In this document: in pieces, positions 30,304-40,039 of the stretch
Numbering within the stretch: the stretch's first letter is position 1
How the letters are laid out: each line of letters opens with the position of its first letter
NCBI GenBank assembly: GCA_035635775.1
Contig: DASQAL010000008.1
Span: 158-64,157 of the forward strand
Direction of reading: 5' to 3'
DNA length: 64,000 nucleotides
Source: Candidatus Acidiferrum sp.
Lineage (GTDB): Bacteria; Methylomirabilota; Methylomirabilia; Rokubacteriales; CSP1-6
Translations under genes and position numbers: made by a program
The notes under the pieces: model-generated
Told to the model about the DNA's origin: nothing
Databases searched by the model: none
Seen by the model: the letters and a program-made list of their open reading frames with translations, nothing else

Positions 30304-31195
30304 GCACGGCCTCCCGGGCCGCACTCGAGCGGGCGGGCGCGGCGAAGCTCCCCCGCCAGCATCCCGCCTCGACGCTCACCCAGACGAGCACCGCCCAGAG
30401 CGAGTAGCCGACGGCGGCGTGCGCCGCCCGCACCACCGGGGTGAGCTGGAGCAGCACCGCGGCGATGCCGAGGGCGACCTGCAGCACCGCAAGCGCGCCG
30501 ACCAGGCGGGTGGCCGCGGTCCGGCCGGCCACCGCCACGTGAATGAACAGGCCCAGCAGGAGCACGCCGAGCCAGCGGTGCACCCAGTGCACGCCGGCCA
30601 GCCACTGCGTGGGCAGGAGGTCGCCGCTGCAGAGCGGGAAGTCGGGGCAGGCGAGGCCGGCCCCCGAGTGGCGCACGTAGCCGCCCAGCGCGAGCTGGAC
30701 GAGGAGCACGATCAGCCCCACGCGGGCCAGGCGTCGCAGCCGGTCGTCGCCTCCTCCCGCGCGCGCGGGGGCCGAGGGCCGGAGCCCGCGGGCCAGCACG
30801 ATGAGGCCGGCCAGGATCAGGAGCGCATTGACCAGGTGGGCGGTACTGATCAGGTGGGGCAGCTTGAGCAGCACCGTGACGCCGCCGAGCGCGATCTGTG
30901 CTGCGAGCAGGGCGGGCAGCAGCCAGGCGAGGCGCCTGAGCCCCGGCGCGCGCGTCCCGCGCAGCGTCAGCACGGTGGTGGCCACGATCAGCACGGTGGC
31001 GGCCAGCGCGGCGAGGCGATGGCTGTACTCGATCAGCACGTCGGCCCGGAGCGGCGGGATGATCGAGCCGTGGCAGAGGGGCCAGTCCGGGCACGCGAGC
31101 CCGGAGCCGGTGGCGCTCACGACGTTGCCGAGCGTCATCAAGGAAAAGACCGCGACCACCGCGGCCCAGGCGAGCCTAGCGGCCATGGCGCGCAC
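30293..31195 (-). CDS. ctaA: Heme A synthase (COX15/CtaA)
   Basis: ..GSGLACPDWPLCHG.. and ..GAGLACPDFPLCSG.. are the paired Cys motifs; multi-TM. Start is GTG 31195 or ATG 31186. Confidence 0.85.
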   Translation of the reverse strand: MRAMAARLAWAAVVAVFSLMTLGNVVSATGSGLACPDWPLCHGSIIPPLRADVLIEYSHRLAALAATVLIVATTVLTLRGTRAPGLRRLAWLLPALLAAQIALGGVTVLLKLPHLISTAHLVNALLILAGLIVLARGLRPSAPARAGGGDDRLRRLARVGLIVLLVQLALGGYVRHSGAGLACPDFPLCSGDLLPTQWLAGVHWVHRWLGVLLLGLFIHVAVAGRTAATRLVGALAVLQVALGIAAVLLQLTPVVRAAHAAVGYSLWAVLVWVSVEAGCWRGSFAAPARSSAAREAVHAA

Positions 31196-32042
31196 CGGCC
31201 AAGGGCACCGCCAGATCGTCGCCGCCCGCGCTCTGCCAGCGGAAGAAGACGACAGAGAGCGCGACGAGGAAGACCATGCCCCCGGGGATCCACATGATGA
31301 GCCCGCCCAGGTGCTGGTCGGCGCGCGGGGTGAGCTGCGGCCAGATCCGCGGCGCGGCCGCGTAGTACGGGTAGAGCAGGCTGTCGGCCATCGAGATGAA
31401 GATGGCCACCATCACCATCGGCAGGCCCACCACGAAGAGGTAGAGCATCTGGATCGGGTAGGGCGCGCGGGGCAGCTCGTCGAGCGGGGAGAGCACCGGC
31501 CACCACAGGATGACGGAGCCGGCCATCATCAGGAGGTGCCCCAGGATGTGGAAGGGGTGCTGGTCCATGGCCAGGTTGTAGAGCGGGGGCAGGTGCCAGG
31601 CGATCAGGATCACGTTGAAGGTCGCGAAGGCGCCCACCGGCCGGGTCAGCGCGCGACCGAGCCGCCGGAGCTTGGCGTCCCGCACCAGCGGGCGCAGCAT
31701 GAAGCCCGGCGTGCCATAGAGCAGGAGCGGCGGCATCGCGAAGACCAGGAGCATGTGCTGGATCATATGCGCGCTGAAGAGGTAGTAGTCCGAGAGATCG
31801 TGGATGGGCCCGGTGAGCGCCCCGAAGAGCACGAGCAAGGCGCCGCCGAACGAGACCACCTTGAGCGGCTCCACGCGCGCCTCGGGGGCGAGGCGGCGCC
31901 GCCACAGGGTGGCCGCGGTGTAGGCGGCGCCGAGGACGACGAGGCCCGCGACGACGCCGGGATCGGCCTGCCAGGAGGTCCAGTCGAAGCCCTCGGGCCC
32001 GAGGGGGGGCGGCCCCGCGAGCCCGGGTCCTACGTGCGCCAT
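31176..32042 (-). CDS. ctaG: Cytochrome c oxidase assembly factor CtaG (caa3 type)
   Basis: 288 aa, polytopic, ..SAHMIQHMLL..WHLPPLY..HILGHLLMM.. is typical of the Caa3_CtaG family. Confidence 0.75.
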   Translation of the reverse strand: MAHVGPGLAGPPPLGPEGFDWTSWQADPGVVAGLVVLGAAYTAATLWRRRLAPEARVEPLKVVSFGGALLVLFGALTGPIHDLSDYYLFSAHMIQHMLLVFAMPPLLLYGTPGFMLRPLVRDAKLRRLGRALTRPVGAFATFNVILIAWHLPPLYNLAMDQHPFHILGHLLMMAGSVILWWPVLSPLDELPRAPYPIQMLYLFVVGLPMVMVAIFISMADSLLYPYYAAAPRIWPQLTPRADQHLGGLIMWIPGGMVFLVALSVVFFRWQSAGGDDLAVPLAGARHGR

Positions 32043-32045
32043 GGG

Positions 32046-32384
32046 CTAGTGCGGACGGGGGAGGAGCAGGAAGGCGCCGAAGAGCGCCATGACGGCCAGG
32101 ATGATGACGACCGCGATGAGCAGCGGCCCCACGAAGAGCGCCCGCATGACCGGGTGGTCGTACTTCAGGTGCATGAAGAAGCCGACGACCAGGTAGAACT
32201 TGACCGCGGACATCAGGAGCAGGCTGATCACCAGAACCGGGTTCGGGATGCCCGGGATGTAGAGGGTGGTCACCTCGACGCCGGTGATGATGGCCAGCGC
32301 GATGGCCACCTGGACGTACGTCCTGACGGTGGCGTGCCCGCCCCCTCCTCCGTGCGTCGCGGCGGTGCTGCCCTGATCGGCCAT
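32046..32384 (-). CDS. Cytochrome c oxidase subunit IV (prokaryotic)
   Basis: 112 aa, ..YVQVAIALAIITGVEV..AVKFYLVVGFFMHLKYD... Position between ctaE and ctaG. Confidence 0.8.
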   Translation of the reverse strand: MADQGSTAATHGGGGGHATVRTYVQVAIALAIITGVEVTTLYIPGIPNPVLVISLLLMSAVKFYLVVGFFMHLKYDHPVMRALFVGPLLIAVVIILAVMALFGAFLLLPRPH

Positions 32385-32394
32385 GTCGCGGCTC

Positions 32395-33012
32395 CTAGGG
32401 GATGAGGTAGATGATGGTGAAGATCGCGATCCACACGATGTCCACGAAGTGCCAGTAGAGACCCGCGATCTCGACCTTGGTGTAGTCGCGCCGGTCGAGC
32501 TGACCCCGCCACGCGAGCGAGACCAGCAGGAGGAGCCAGATGACTCCGCCGGTGACGTGGGCGCCGTGGAAGCCGGTGAGCACGAAGAAGGTCGAGCCGA
32601 AGAGGCTCGTCGAGAGCGTCAGGTCGTGGTGGTGGACGAAGGTCCAGAACTCGTAGACCTGGTTCAGCACGAAGTGCAGCCCCATCGCGGCGGTGGCCAG
32701 GAGCCAGCCCGCCGCCACCTTCACCCGGTTGTCCTGCAGGGCGGCCAGGGCCAGCACCATGGTCAGCGACGAGGCGAGCAGCAGGGCCGCGCTGTAGGAG
32801 GTGAGCGGGATGTCGAACACGTCGTGCGGCGTCGGCCCCGAGATGGACTTGCCCTTGTAGGCCAGGTAGGTCCCGATCAGCGACCCGAAGAACATGCAGT
32901 CGGAGCCGAGGAAGGCCCACATGCCCATCTTGCGATGGTCGAGCCCGGTGTTGCCGATGTTCGGATCGTGGACCGCGTGGGTGGCGGCGTGGGTGGCGGC
33001 GTGGTCGGCCAC
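32395..33012 (-). CDS. ctaE: Cytochrome c oxidase subunit III
   Basis: ..MWAFLGSDCMFFGSLI..TGFHGAHVTGGVIWL..YWHFVDIVWI... Confidence 0.95.
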   Translation of the reverse strand: MADHAATHAATHAVHDPNIGNTGLDHRKMGMWAFLGSDCMFFGSLIGTYLAYKGKSISGPTPHDVFDIPLTSYSAALLLASSLTMVLALAALQDNRVKVAAGWLLATAAMGLHFVLNQVYEFWTFVHHHDLTLSTSLFGSTFFVLTGFHGAHVTGGVIWLLLLVSLAWRGQLDRRDYTKVEIAGLYWHFVDIVWIAIFTIIYLIP

Positions 33013-33022
33013 GGCGGCTCTC

Positions 33023-34888
33023 CTAGTGTCCGTGCCCGTCGGCGGGGCGATGGTATTCCATGGCGAACTTGTACATGAAGAGCAGGGTGAGCAGCCCGCC
33101 CACGATGACCTGGTACATGCTGATGAGGAGGCCCGAGATCATCATCGCCATCGCGAGGCCGAGCAGGATCGGCCAGAACGAGCTGGGCGGCATATGGATG
33201 GCCGCGATCTCGGCGGCGGTCACCGGGGCCGGTTTGGGCGGCGGGGCGCCCCCGTGCCCGTCGCCGTGCTTCTGCAGCCACAGCTCGTCGCGGTCGTGCA
33301 CCTGGGGCACCCGCGCGAAGTTGTAGACCGGGGGCGGTGACGGGATCGACCACTCGAGCGTGCGCCCGTCCCACGGATCGGGGCTCGCCACCTTGCCGGC
33401 GCGCGCGGTCTTGATCACGTTCCCGATGAACACGAGGAACGAGAGCGCGATCGTGAAGGCCCCGATGGTGGAGACCAGGTTCCAGAAGTTCCAGCCGAGG
33501 TCCCCCGCGTAGGTGTAGATGCGCCGGGGCATGCCGATCAGCCCGAGGTAGTGCTGGGGGAAGAAGGTCACGTTGAAGCCGAGCAGCATCAGCCAGAAGT
33601 GCACCTTGCCGAGCCGCTCGTCGAGGATCTTCCCGGTGATCTTCGGCCACCAGTAGTAGGCGCCCGAGAAGAGCCCGAAGATCGAGCCCCCGAAGAGCAC
33701 GTAGTGGAAGTGGGCCACCACGAAGTAGGTGTCGGTCTGCTGCAGGTCTACCGGGGGCGAGGCGTGCATGACGCCGGAGAGGCCGCCCATCGTGAACATG
33801 GCGATGAAGCCGAGCGAGAAGTAGAGCGGGGTCTGGAAGCGGATGGAGCCGCCCCACAGGGTGCAGAGCCAGTTGAGGATCTTCACGCCGGTGGGCACCG
33901 CGATCAGCATGGTGGTGATGGAGAAGGCGGCGTCGGCCACCGGGCCCATCCCGACCGAGAACATGTGGTGGCTCCACACCCCGAACCCGAAGAAGCCGAT
34001 GGTGATGCCCGAGTAGATGATGACCGGCGCGCCGAAGAGCGGCTTGCGCGCGAAGGTGGGCAGCACCTCCGAGACGATGCCCATCGCGGGGAGGATCAGG
34101 ATGTAGACCTCCGGGTGGCCGAAGATCCAGAAGAGGTGCTGCCAGAGCAGGGGATCGCCGCCCGCGGCGGGGGAGTAGAAGAGCGTGCCGAAGAAGCGGT
34201 CGAACATGAGGAGGATGAGCGCCACCGTGATGGCCGGGAAGGCGAGCACGATGAGGAACTGGGTCACGAAGCTCATCCAGATGAACACGGGCATCCGCAT
34301 CAGGGTCATGCCGGGGGCCCGCATGTTGATGATCGTCACCAGGAAGTTGAAGCCCGCGAGCATGGACGAGATGCCGAGGATCTGCACGCCGAGCATCCAG
34401 AAGTCGATGGAGTGGCTCGGGGAGAACTGGGCGGAGGTCAGGTTGGCGTAACCGAACCAGCCGCCGTCCGGCACCGCCTTGGCCAGGAAGCTCACGTGCA
34501 GGAAGAGCCCGCCGGAGATGAAGATCCAGTAGGAGAGCGCGTTCAGGCGCGGGAAGGCCACGTCGCGCGCCCCGATCATGAGCGGGATCATGAAATTGAA
34601 GAAGGCCGCGCTCATCGGCATGATCGCGAGGAATATCATGGTGGTGCCGTGCATCGTGAACAGCTCGTTGAAGGTCTGCGCGCTCACGAGGTTGTTGTCG
34701 GGCCGGGCGAGCTGCAGGCGCATGATCAGCGCCTCGATGCCCGCGATCAGGAAGAAGATGAACGCGCTCGAGCCGTACAGGATGCCGATCCGTTTGTGAT
34801 CGACGGTGGTGAGCCAGGACGCGATGACCGCCCAGACCGTGGGGGCCTCCACCTTCGCGCCCGGCATGAATGCCGTGTGAGTCGCCAT
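33023..34888 (-). CDS. ctaD: Cytochrome c oxidase subunit I
   Basis: ..WLTTVDHKRIGILY..HLFWIFGHPEVYILILP..HHMF..VAHFHYVLF.., 621 aa. Confidence 0.97.
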   Translation of the reverse strand: MATHTAFMPGAKVEAPTVWAVIASWLTTVDHKRIGILYGSSAFIFFLIAGIEALIMRLQLARPDNNLVSAQTFNELFTMHGTTMIFLAIMPMSAAFFNFMIPLMIGARDVAFPRLNALSYWIFISGGLFLHVSFLAKAVPDGGWFGYANLTSAQFSPSHSIDFWMLGVQILGISSMLAGFNFLVTIINMRAPGMTLMRMPVFIWMSFVTQFLIVLAFPAITVALILLMFDRFFGTLFYSPAAGGDPLLWQHLFWIFGHPEVYILILPAMGIVSEVLPTFARKPLFGAPVIIYSGITIGFFGFGVWSHHMFSVGMGPVADAAFSITTMLIAVPTGVKILNWLCTLWGGSIRFQTPLYFSLGFIAMFTMGGLSGVMHASPPVDLQQTDTYFVVAHFHYVLFGGSIFGLFSGAYYWWPKITGKILDERLGKVHFWLMLLGFNVTFFPQHYLGLIGMPRRIYTYAGDLGWNFWNLVSTIGAFTIALSFLVFIGNVIKTARAGKVASPDPWDGRTLEWSIPSPPPVYNFARVPQVHDRDELWLQKHGDGHGGAPPPKPAPVTAAEIAAIHMPPSSFWPILLGLAMAMMISGLLISMYQVIVGGLLTLLFMYKFAMEYHRPADGHGH

Positions 34889-34898
34889 GGGCGTCTCC

Positions 34899-35948
34899 CT
34901 ATTTCAGGCTGAGGAGGTAGGCGGCCAGAGACTTCGACTGCTCCCCCGTCATCCCCAGGTTCGGCATCAGCGCGCCGGGCTTCATGTGCTCGGGATTCTC
35001 GATCCACTTGGTCAGGTTGTCCGGGGTGGTGGTCATGAGCGACCCCGCGAAGGTCTTGCGGCTGGCGAAGTGGGTGAGATCGGGCCCGATGTGACCGGCG
35101 GAGATCCCGGTGATGGTGTGGCAGCCCACGCACGTCGACTGGGTGAACAGCGTCTTGCCCTCTTGGGCGAGCGCGTCGGGGGACTCCACCGGGGGCGCCT
35201 GCTGGGCCTTGACCCACTTCTCGAACTCGGCGGGCTCGTGCACGATGACCCGGAAGCGCATGTTGGCGTGCGACATCCCGCAGTACTCCGCGCACTGGCC
35301 CGGGTACTCGCCGGGCGCGTCCGGGGTGAGCGTGATGTGGTTCACCCGGTGGGGGACCACGTCCCGCTTGCCGCCGAGCTGCGGGATCCAGAAGGAGTGG
35401 ATGACGTCGGGCGCGTTCAGGAAGAACGCCACCGTCTGCCCGACGGGCAGGTGCAGCTCGTTGGCGGTCGTGATCTTGTGCTGCGGGTACCGGAATTCCC
35501 ACCACCACTGCTTGCCGGAGACGTCGACCCGCAGCGCGGTGGCGGCGGGCGCCTCCTGCGTCTTGAAGATCACCCGGATGGTCGGGATCGCGATGATCAG
35601 GAGAATCACCGCGAAGGCGATGGTCCAGGAGATCTCGAGCGCGGTGTGGCCGTGCACCTGCTTGGGGAGGGGGGCCCCCGGCCGCTCGCGGAAGCGCCAG
35701 CACGCGTAGACCAGGGCCACCTCCACCACGATGAAGATGCCGAGCGTCCACCACGAGATCAGCATGAAGATGTCGTGGGTGACCTTCCCGAAGTCCGACT
35801 TCGGGATCACCGTGCTCATCGGAGTGTCCCAGTTCCAGCCCACCGCGCTGCAGGCGCAGGCCAGCAGGAGCACGGCCCCCAGCAGGCCGAGCCGCGTCCA
35901 GTCCAGGCGCTTCACGATGCGGGCGACCGTCGAGGGGCGCTGAGTCAT
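34899..35948 (-). CDS. ctaC: Cytochrome c oxidase subunit II with fused C-terminal cytochrome c domain (caa3 type)
   Basis: CuA site ..QCAEYCGMSHANM.. and heme-c site ..CVGCHTI... Confidence 0.95.
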   Translation of the reverse strand: MTQRPSTVARIVKRLDWTRLGLLGAVLLLACACSAVGWNWDTPMSTVIPKSDFGKVTHDIFMLISWWTLGIFIVVEVALVYACWRFRERPGAPLPKQVHGHTALEISWTIAFAVILLIIAIPTIRVIFKTQEAPAATALRVDVSGKQWWWEFRYPQHKITTANELHLPVGQTVAFFLNAPDVIHSFWIPQLGGKRDVVPHRVNHITLTPDAPGEYPGQCAEYCGMSHANMRFRVIVHEPAEFEKWVKAQQAPPVESPDALAQEGKTLFTQSTCVGCHTITGISAGHIGPDLTHFASRKTFAGSLMTTTPDNLTKWIENPEHMKPGALMPNLGMTGEQSKSLAAYLLSLK

Positions 35949-36235
35949 GGCGTCGTGTGGGTTCCTCTCGCGGCCGGGGCCGCCACCGACTGCGACGGCG
36001 TGCCGGTCGCGGCCACGGCGGGCCGGTGGACGTCGACGACGGCCACCCAGCTACGGGCGGCCAGGAAGAGCACGAGGAGCACCGGGATGCAGGTCCAGAG
36101 GAGGTCGGTGCGGCGGCGCGCCCCCTGCGCCGACACGGCCCGGCGCGACCGGAGCACGAAGGCGAGGGCGCTGGCTTGGGCGGCCAGGAAAACCGTCAGG
36201 ACCAGGGCCAGCAGCAGGTGCACTATCGTGGGCAC
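35945..36235 (-). CDS. Small two-TM membrane protein coupled to ctaC
   Basis: 96-aa ORF with a GTG start. Its stop overlaps the ctaC ATG (ATGA). It has two hydrophobic helices. DLLWTCIPVLLVLFL resembles the WTxIP motif of subunit II TM2 (compare EISWTIAFAVILL in ctaC). Confidence 0.45.
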   Translation of the reverse strand: MPTIVHLLLALVLTVFLAAQASALAFVLRSRRAVSAQGARRRTDLLWTCIPVLLVLFLAARSWVAVVDVHRPAVAATGTPSQSVAAPAARGTHTTP

Positions 36236-36325
36236 AACATCCTCATGGGCGTTATGGCGCTGGATTCACGCGGAAGTGTACTTGATGCCGCCGCCGCTTG
36301 CCAAGTGGAAACTTTCACATGCGGC

Positions 36326-37558
36326 CTAGCCGGCCAGCTTCAGCAGCGTGAGGAGCAGCGCCTTGGTGCCCCGCTCGATCGCCTTCCAGTCGCTCATCTC
36401 GTCGGGCCGGTGGCTGCGCCCGCCCCGCGAGGGGATGAAGAGCATCCCGGAGTCGGTCACCCCGGCCAGGTTCTGGGCATCGTGGCCCGCGCCCGACGGC
36501 ATGCGCTTGTAGCGGAGCTTGAGCCGCTCGCAGGCCGCCTGCACCGCGTCCATGACCCGCGGGGCGCAGCGCGCGGGCTCGGTGCGGGACATGGTCTCGA
36601 CGATCACCCGAAGATTGCGCCGGCGCGCGACGGTGCGGGCCAGCGCCGCGCACTCCCGGTCGAGCCGCGCCAGGATCTTCGGGTCCAGCTCGCGCATCTC
36701 CTGCATCAGCACCGCCTGGGCGGGCACGATGTTGGAGACGCCCGGGGCCAGCTCGATGCGCCCGAAGTTCGTCACGCTCCGGCCGCTGCCCTTCCGGACG
36801 ATGTGCTCGCGCGCCTTCAGCGCGTACTCGCAGGCGGCCAGGAAGGCGTCCTTGCGCCAGGCCATGGGCGTGGTGCCCGCGTGGTCCGGCTCGCCGATGA
36901 AGGTGAGGCGGTTCCGCCGGATGCCCACGATGCCCTCCACGAGCCCGATGGGCAGGCGCGCGGCCTCGAGGTGCGGCCCCTGCTCGATGTGCAGCTCGAC
37001 GTAGGCGTGGAGCGTCCGGGGATCGCAGCGCGCCTCCGCCACCCGGCCGGCGTCGTACCCGGCCCGGGCCATCGCGTCCACGAGCCGGATCCCGTCCACC
37101 GCCTGCAGGGTCGGGACCTGGGCCAGGTCGAGCTTGCCGGTGAAGGCGCGCGAGCCGAAGAGGCTGCCGTAGCGGCCCTCCTCGTCGCTCCAGGCCACCA
37201 CCGCCATCGGCCGGCGCGTCTTGAGCCCGGCCGCCTTGATGGTCTGCAGGCACTCGAGCCCAGCCAGCACGCCCAGGGCGCCGTCGAGCGGGCCGCCCTC
37301 CGGCACCGTGTCGATGTGGGAGCCGGTCAGCACCGCCGCCCCCTCGCCGCGGAGGGAGCCGAACGTGTTGCCCGCCGCGTCCACGCGCGTCTCGAGCCCG
37401 GCCTCGGTCATCCGCCCGAGTAGCCACGCCCGCGCTTCCTCGTGGGGCGGGCTCCAGCATGACCGGGTGATGCCCCGGCCGCCCGGGTTCCGCCCGTAGG
37501 TGGACAAGGTCTCGATGTGGCTTTTCAATCGGGGCAAGGAGATGCCGATGGTTGCCAT
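36326..37558 (-). CDS. M20-family Zn-dependent amidohydrolase (N-carbamoyl-L-amino acid / allantoate amidohydrolase type)
   Basis: ..GSHIDTVPEGGPLDGALGV..AWSDEEG..EQGP..GAGHDA... ATG 37558 (MATIGISLPRL..) is preferred over the track start. Confidence 0.8.
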   Translation of the reverse strand: MATIGISLPRLKSHIETLSTYGRNPGGRGITRSCWSPPHEEARAWLLGRMTEAGLETRVDAAGNTFGSLRGEGAAVLTGSHIDTVPEGGPLDGALGVLAGLECLQTIKAAGLKTRRPMAVVAWSDEEGRYGSLFGSRAFTGKLDLAQVPTLQAVDGIRLVDAMARAGYDAGRVAEARCDPRTLHAYVELHIEQGPHLEAARLPIGLVEGIVGIRRNRLTFIGEPDHAGTTPMAWRKDAFLAACEYALKAREHIVRKGSGRSVTNFGRIELAPGVSNIVPAQAVLMQEMRELDPKILARLDRECAALARTVARRRNLRVIVETMSRTEPARCAPRVMDAVQAACERLKLRYKRMPSGAGHDAQNLAGVTDSGMLFIPSRGGRSHRPDEMSDWKAIERGTKALLLTLLKLAG

Positions 37559-37584
37559 GGCCGCCGCGAGTATACCCCACCCCC

Positions 37585-37634
37585 TTGACACTTTCTCGGG
37601 CAGGCTCGTATCATCGTACTGAACCTTCGTTCAG
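37585..37634 (+). promoter_or_regulatory. Candidate promoter (TTGACA-N18-TATCAT) plus inverted-repeat operator CTGAAC-cttc-GTTCAG for the acyl-CoA dehydrogenase operon
   Basis: TTGACA at 37585-37590, TATCAT at 37609-37614, inverted repeat at 37619-37634, then GGGAGGG and ATG 37683. Confidence 0.4.
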
Positions 37635-37682
37635 CCTCACCCCGGTTAACCTAACTAGCGACCCACGAATGTGGGAGGGTGT

Positions 37683-38879
37683 ATGGACTTCACGCTGACT
37701 CCTGAACAAACCTCCTTCCGCGACGAAGTGCGCGGGTGGCTGTCGAAGAACATGCAAAAGGACTGGGTGGCGCGCCTCAGCCAGGGCTCGGACATCCCGC
37801 GTCCCGAAGCCTACGAGATGCTCCGGCGGTGGCAGCGGCAGATGTACGAGGCCGGCTTCGTCGGCCTCACCTGGCCCAAGGAAGCGGGCGGCCGCGGCCT
37901 CACGTTCATGGAGGAGATGATCCTCCAGCAGGAGATGGCGCTCTCCAAGGCCCCGCCGGTGCTCAACATCCTGGCCGTCGGCATGGCCGGGCCCACCATC
38001 ATCGCCTACGGCACCGACGAGCAGAAGAAGCGCTACCCGCCCAAGATGCTCTCGTGCGAGGAGATCTGGTGCCAGGGCTATTCCGAGCCCAACGCGGGCT
38101 CCGACCTGGCGTCGCTGCAGACCCGCGCGGAGAAGGACGGCGACCACTACGTCATCAACGGCCAGAAGGTGTGGACGTCGCTCGCCCACATCGCGGACTG
38201 GATGATGCTGCTGGCCCGCACCGATCCGAGCGCGCCCAAGCACAAGGGCATCACCTACTTCCTCCTCGACATGAAGAGCCCCGGCGTCACCGTGAAGCCG
38301 CTCAAGCAGCTGACGGGCGACGCGGAGTTCAACGAGGTCTACTTCGACAACGTCCGCGTCCACGAGTCGCAGATCCTGGGCGGGCTCAATAACGGCTGGG
38401 CGGTCGGGCTCACCACCCTGATGTACGAGCGCCTCGCCCTCGGCTTCGGCCTGCAGGTGCGTCTGCGCATCGCGCTCGACAGCCTCGTCGACCTCGCGCG
38501 CAGCACCAAGAAGAACGGGGTGCCGGTGACCCAGGACCCGGTGATGCGCCAAAAGCTGGCCCAGATGTGGATCGACACCGAGGTGTTCAAGTACACCGGG
38601 GCGCGCGCGATCACCAAGCTCCTGAAGGGCGAGATACCCGGCCCCGAGGCCTCCGCGGGCAAGATGATGTGGGTGGAAGGCCACCAGCGCGTGCAGGAGC
38701 TGGCCATGGAGATCCAGGGCCCGTTCGGCCAGCTCACCGACGGCAGCGAGTGGGCGGTGGCGAACGGCCTCTGGCAGCACACCTTCCTGCGCTCGCGGGC
38801 CAACTCCATCGAAGGCGGCACCACCGAGATCCAGCGCAATATCATCGGCGAGCGCGTGCTCGGCCTCCCGAAAGGCTAA
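37683..38879 (+). CDS. Acyl-CoA dehydrogenase
   Basis: MDFTLTPEQTSFRDEVRGWL..; ..WCQGYSEPNAGSDLASL..; C-terminal ..IEGGTTEIQRNIIGERVLGLPKG. RBS GGGAGGG lies upstream. Confidence 0.9.
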   Translation: MDFTLTPEQTSFRDEVRGWLSKNMQKDWVARLSQGSDIPRPEAYEMLRRWQRQMYEAGFVGLTWPKEAGGRGLTFMEEMILQQEMALSKAPPVLNILAVGMAGPTIIAYGTDEQKKRYPPKMLSCEEIWCQGYSEPNAGSDLASLQTRAEKDGDHYVINGQKVWTSLAHIADWMMLLARTDPSAPKHKGITYFLLDMKSPGVTVKPLKQLTGDAEFNEVYFDNVRVHESQILGGLNNGWAVGLTTLMYERLALGFGLQVRLRIALDSLVDLARSTKKNGVPVTQDPVMRQKLAQMWIDTEVFKYTGARAITKLLKGEIPGPEASAGKMMWVEGHQRVQELAMEIQGPFGQLTDGSEWAVANGLWQHTFLRSRANSIEGGTTEIQRNIIGERVLGLPKG

Positions 38880-38882
38880 GCC

Positions 38883-40019
38883 ATGAACTTCGGCTTCAAC
38901 GAAGAGCAGGAGCTGCTGCGGAACACCGCGCGGAAGTTCTTCGAGAACGAGTGCGGCTCCGAGACGGTGCGGCGCCTGATGGAGACGCCGGAGGGCATCA
39001 GCGCCGAGCTCTGGAAGAAGCTCGCCGAGCAGGGCTGGCTCGGCCTGATCTATCCCGAGCAGTACGACGGCACCGGGCTCGGGCTGGTGGACCTGGTCGT
39101 GCTCATGGAGGAGATGGGCCGCGCGGTGGCGCCGGGCCCGTACTTCTCCACCGTGCTCCTGGGCGGGCTCGCCATCCTCGAGGCGGGCGGCGACGCCCAG
39201 AAGAAGGAGTGGCTGCCGAGGATCGCGGCGGGCGACAAGCGCGTCGCGCTCGCCTGGATGGAGCCGAGCGCGCAGCTCGGCCCCGCCGGGGTGACGCTGA
39301 CCGCGGTGAAGCGCGGTGAAACATTCACCCTCTCGGGCACCAAGCTCTTCGTGCACGACGCCCACACCGCGGACGCCCTCGTGGTGGCCGCGCGGACGCG
39401 GCCGGGGGCGGGCGCCGACGGCGTCTCGCTCTTCCTCCTGCCGAAGGGCACCAAGGGGCTCGAGGTGACCTTGCTGCCCACCATGGACCAGACCCGCAAG
39501 CTCTGCGAGGTCGCGTGCTCCGACGTCACGGTGGGCGCCGACGCGCTGCTCGGCGCGGCCGGGGCGGGCTGGGCGCCGCTCTCCCGCGTGCTCGACCGCG
39601 CCACCGTGGCCCTCTGCGCGGAGATGTGCGGGGGGGCCCAGAAGGTGCTCGACATGACGGTCGAGTACGCGAAGATCCGCCAGGCCTTCGGCCGGCCGAT
39701 CGGTTCCTACCAGGGCGTCAAGCACCGCGCCGCCGACATGCTGGTGGACGTCGAGAACAGCAAGTCCATCACCTATTACGCGGCGTGGGCGCTCGACGAG
39801 AACTCGCCGGAGGCGCCGCTGGCGGTGAGCATGGCCAAGGCCTACGTCTCCGACGCCTACCGCCGCGTCGCGGCGGGGGGCATCCAGCTCCACGGCGGCA
39901 TCGGCTTCACCTGGGAGCACGATCTGCACCTCTACTTCAAGCGCGCGAAGGGCTCGGAGTTCACCTTCGGCGACGCCACCCATCATCGCGAGCGGGTGGC
40001 GCAGCTCGTGAATCTCTAG
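38883..40019 (+). CDS. Acyl-CoA dehydrogenase (second, adjacent paralog)
   Basis: MNFGFNEEQELLRNTARKFFE..; ..IQLHGGIGFTWEHDLHLYFKRAK... Starts 3 nt after the previous stop. Confidence 0.9.
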   Translation: MNFGFNEEQELLRNTARKFFENECGSETVRRLMETPEGISAELWKKLAEQGWLGLIYPEQYDGTGLGLVDLVVLMEEMGRAVAPGPYFSTVLLGGLAILEAGGDAQKKEWLPRIAAGDKRVALAWMEPSAQLGPAGVTLTAVKRGETFTLSGTKLFVHDAHTADALVVAARTRPGAGADGVSLFLLPKGTKGLEVTLLPTMDQTRKLCEVACSDVTVGADALLGAAGAGWAPLSRVLDRATVALCAEMCGGAQKVLDMTVEYAKIRQAFGRPIGSYQGVKHRAADMLVDVENSKSITYYAAWALDENSPEAPLAVSMAKAYVSDAYRRVAAGGIQLHGGIGFTWEHDLHLYFKRAKGSEFTFGDATHHRERVAQLVNL

Positions 40020-40039
40020 CCGATGCCGAAACCCCTGCA

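Noticed and set aside
36280-36305. Sigma-54 promoter (TGGCAA..GGCA) upstream of the small ORF/ctaC cluster
   Set aside because: The spacing and the -12 element do not fit TGGCAC-N5-TTGCA, because no TTGC lies at the correct distance. The resemblance rests on GC-rich sequence only.
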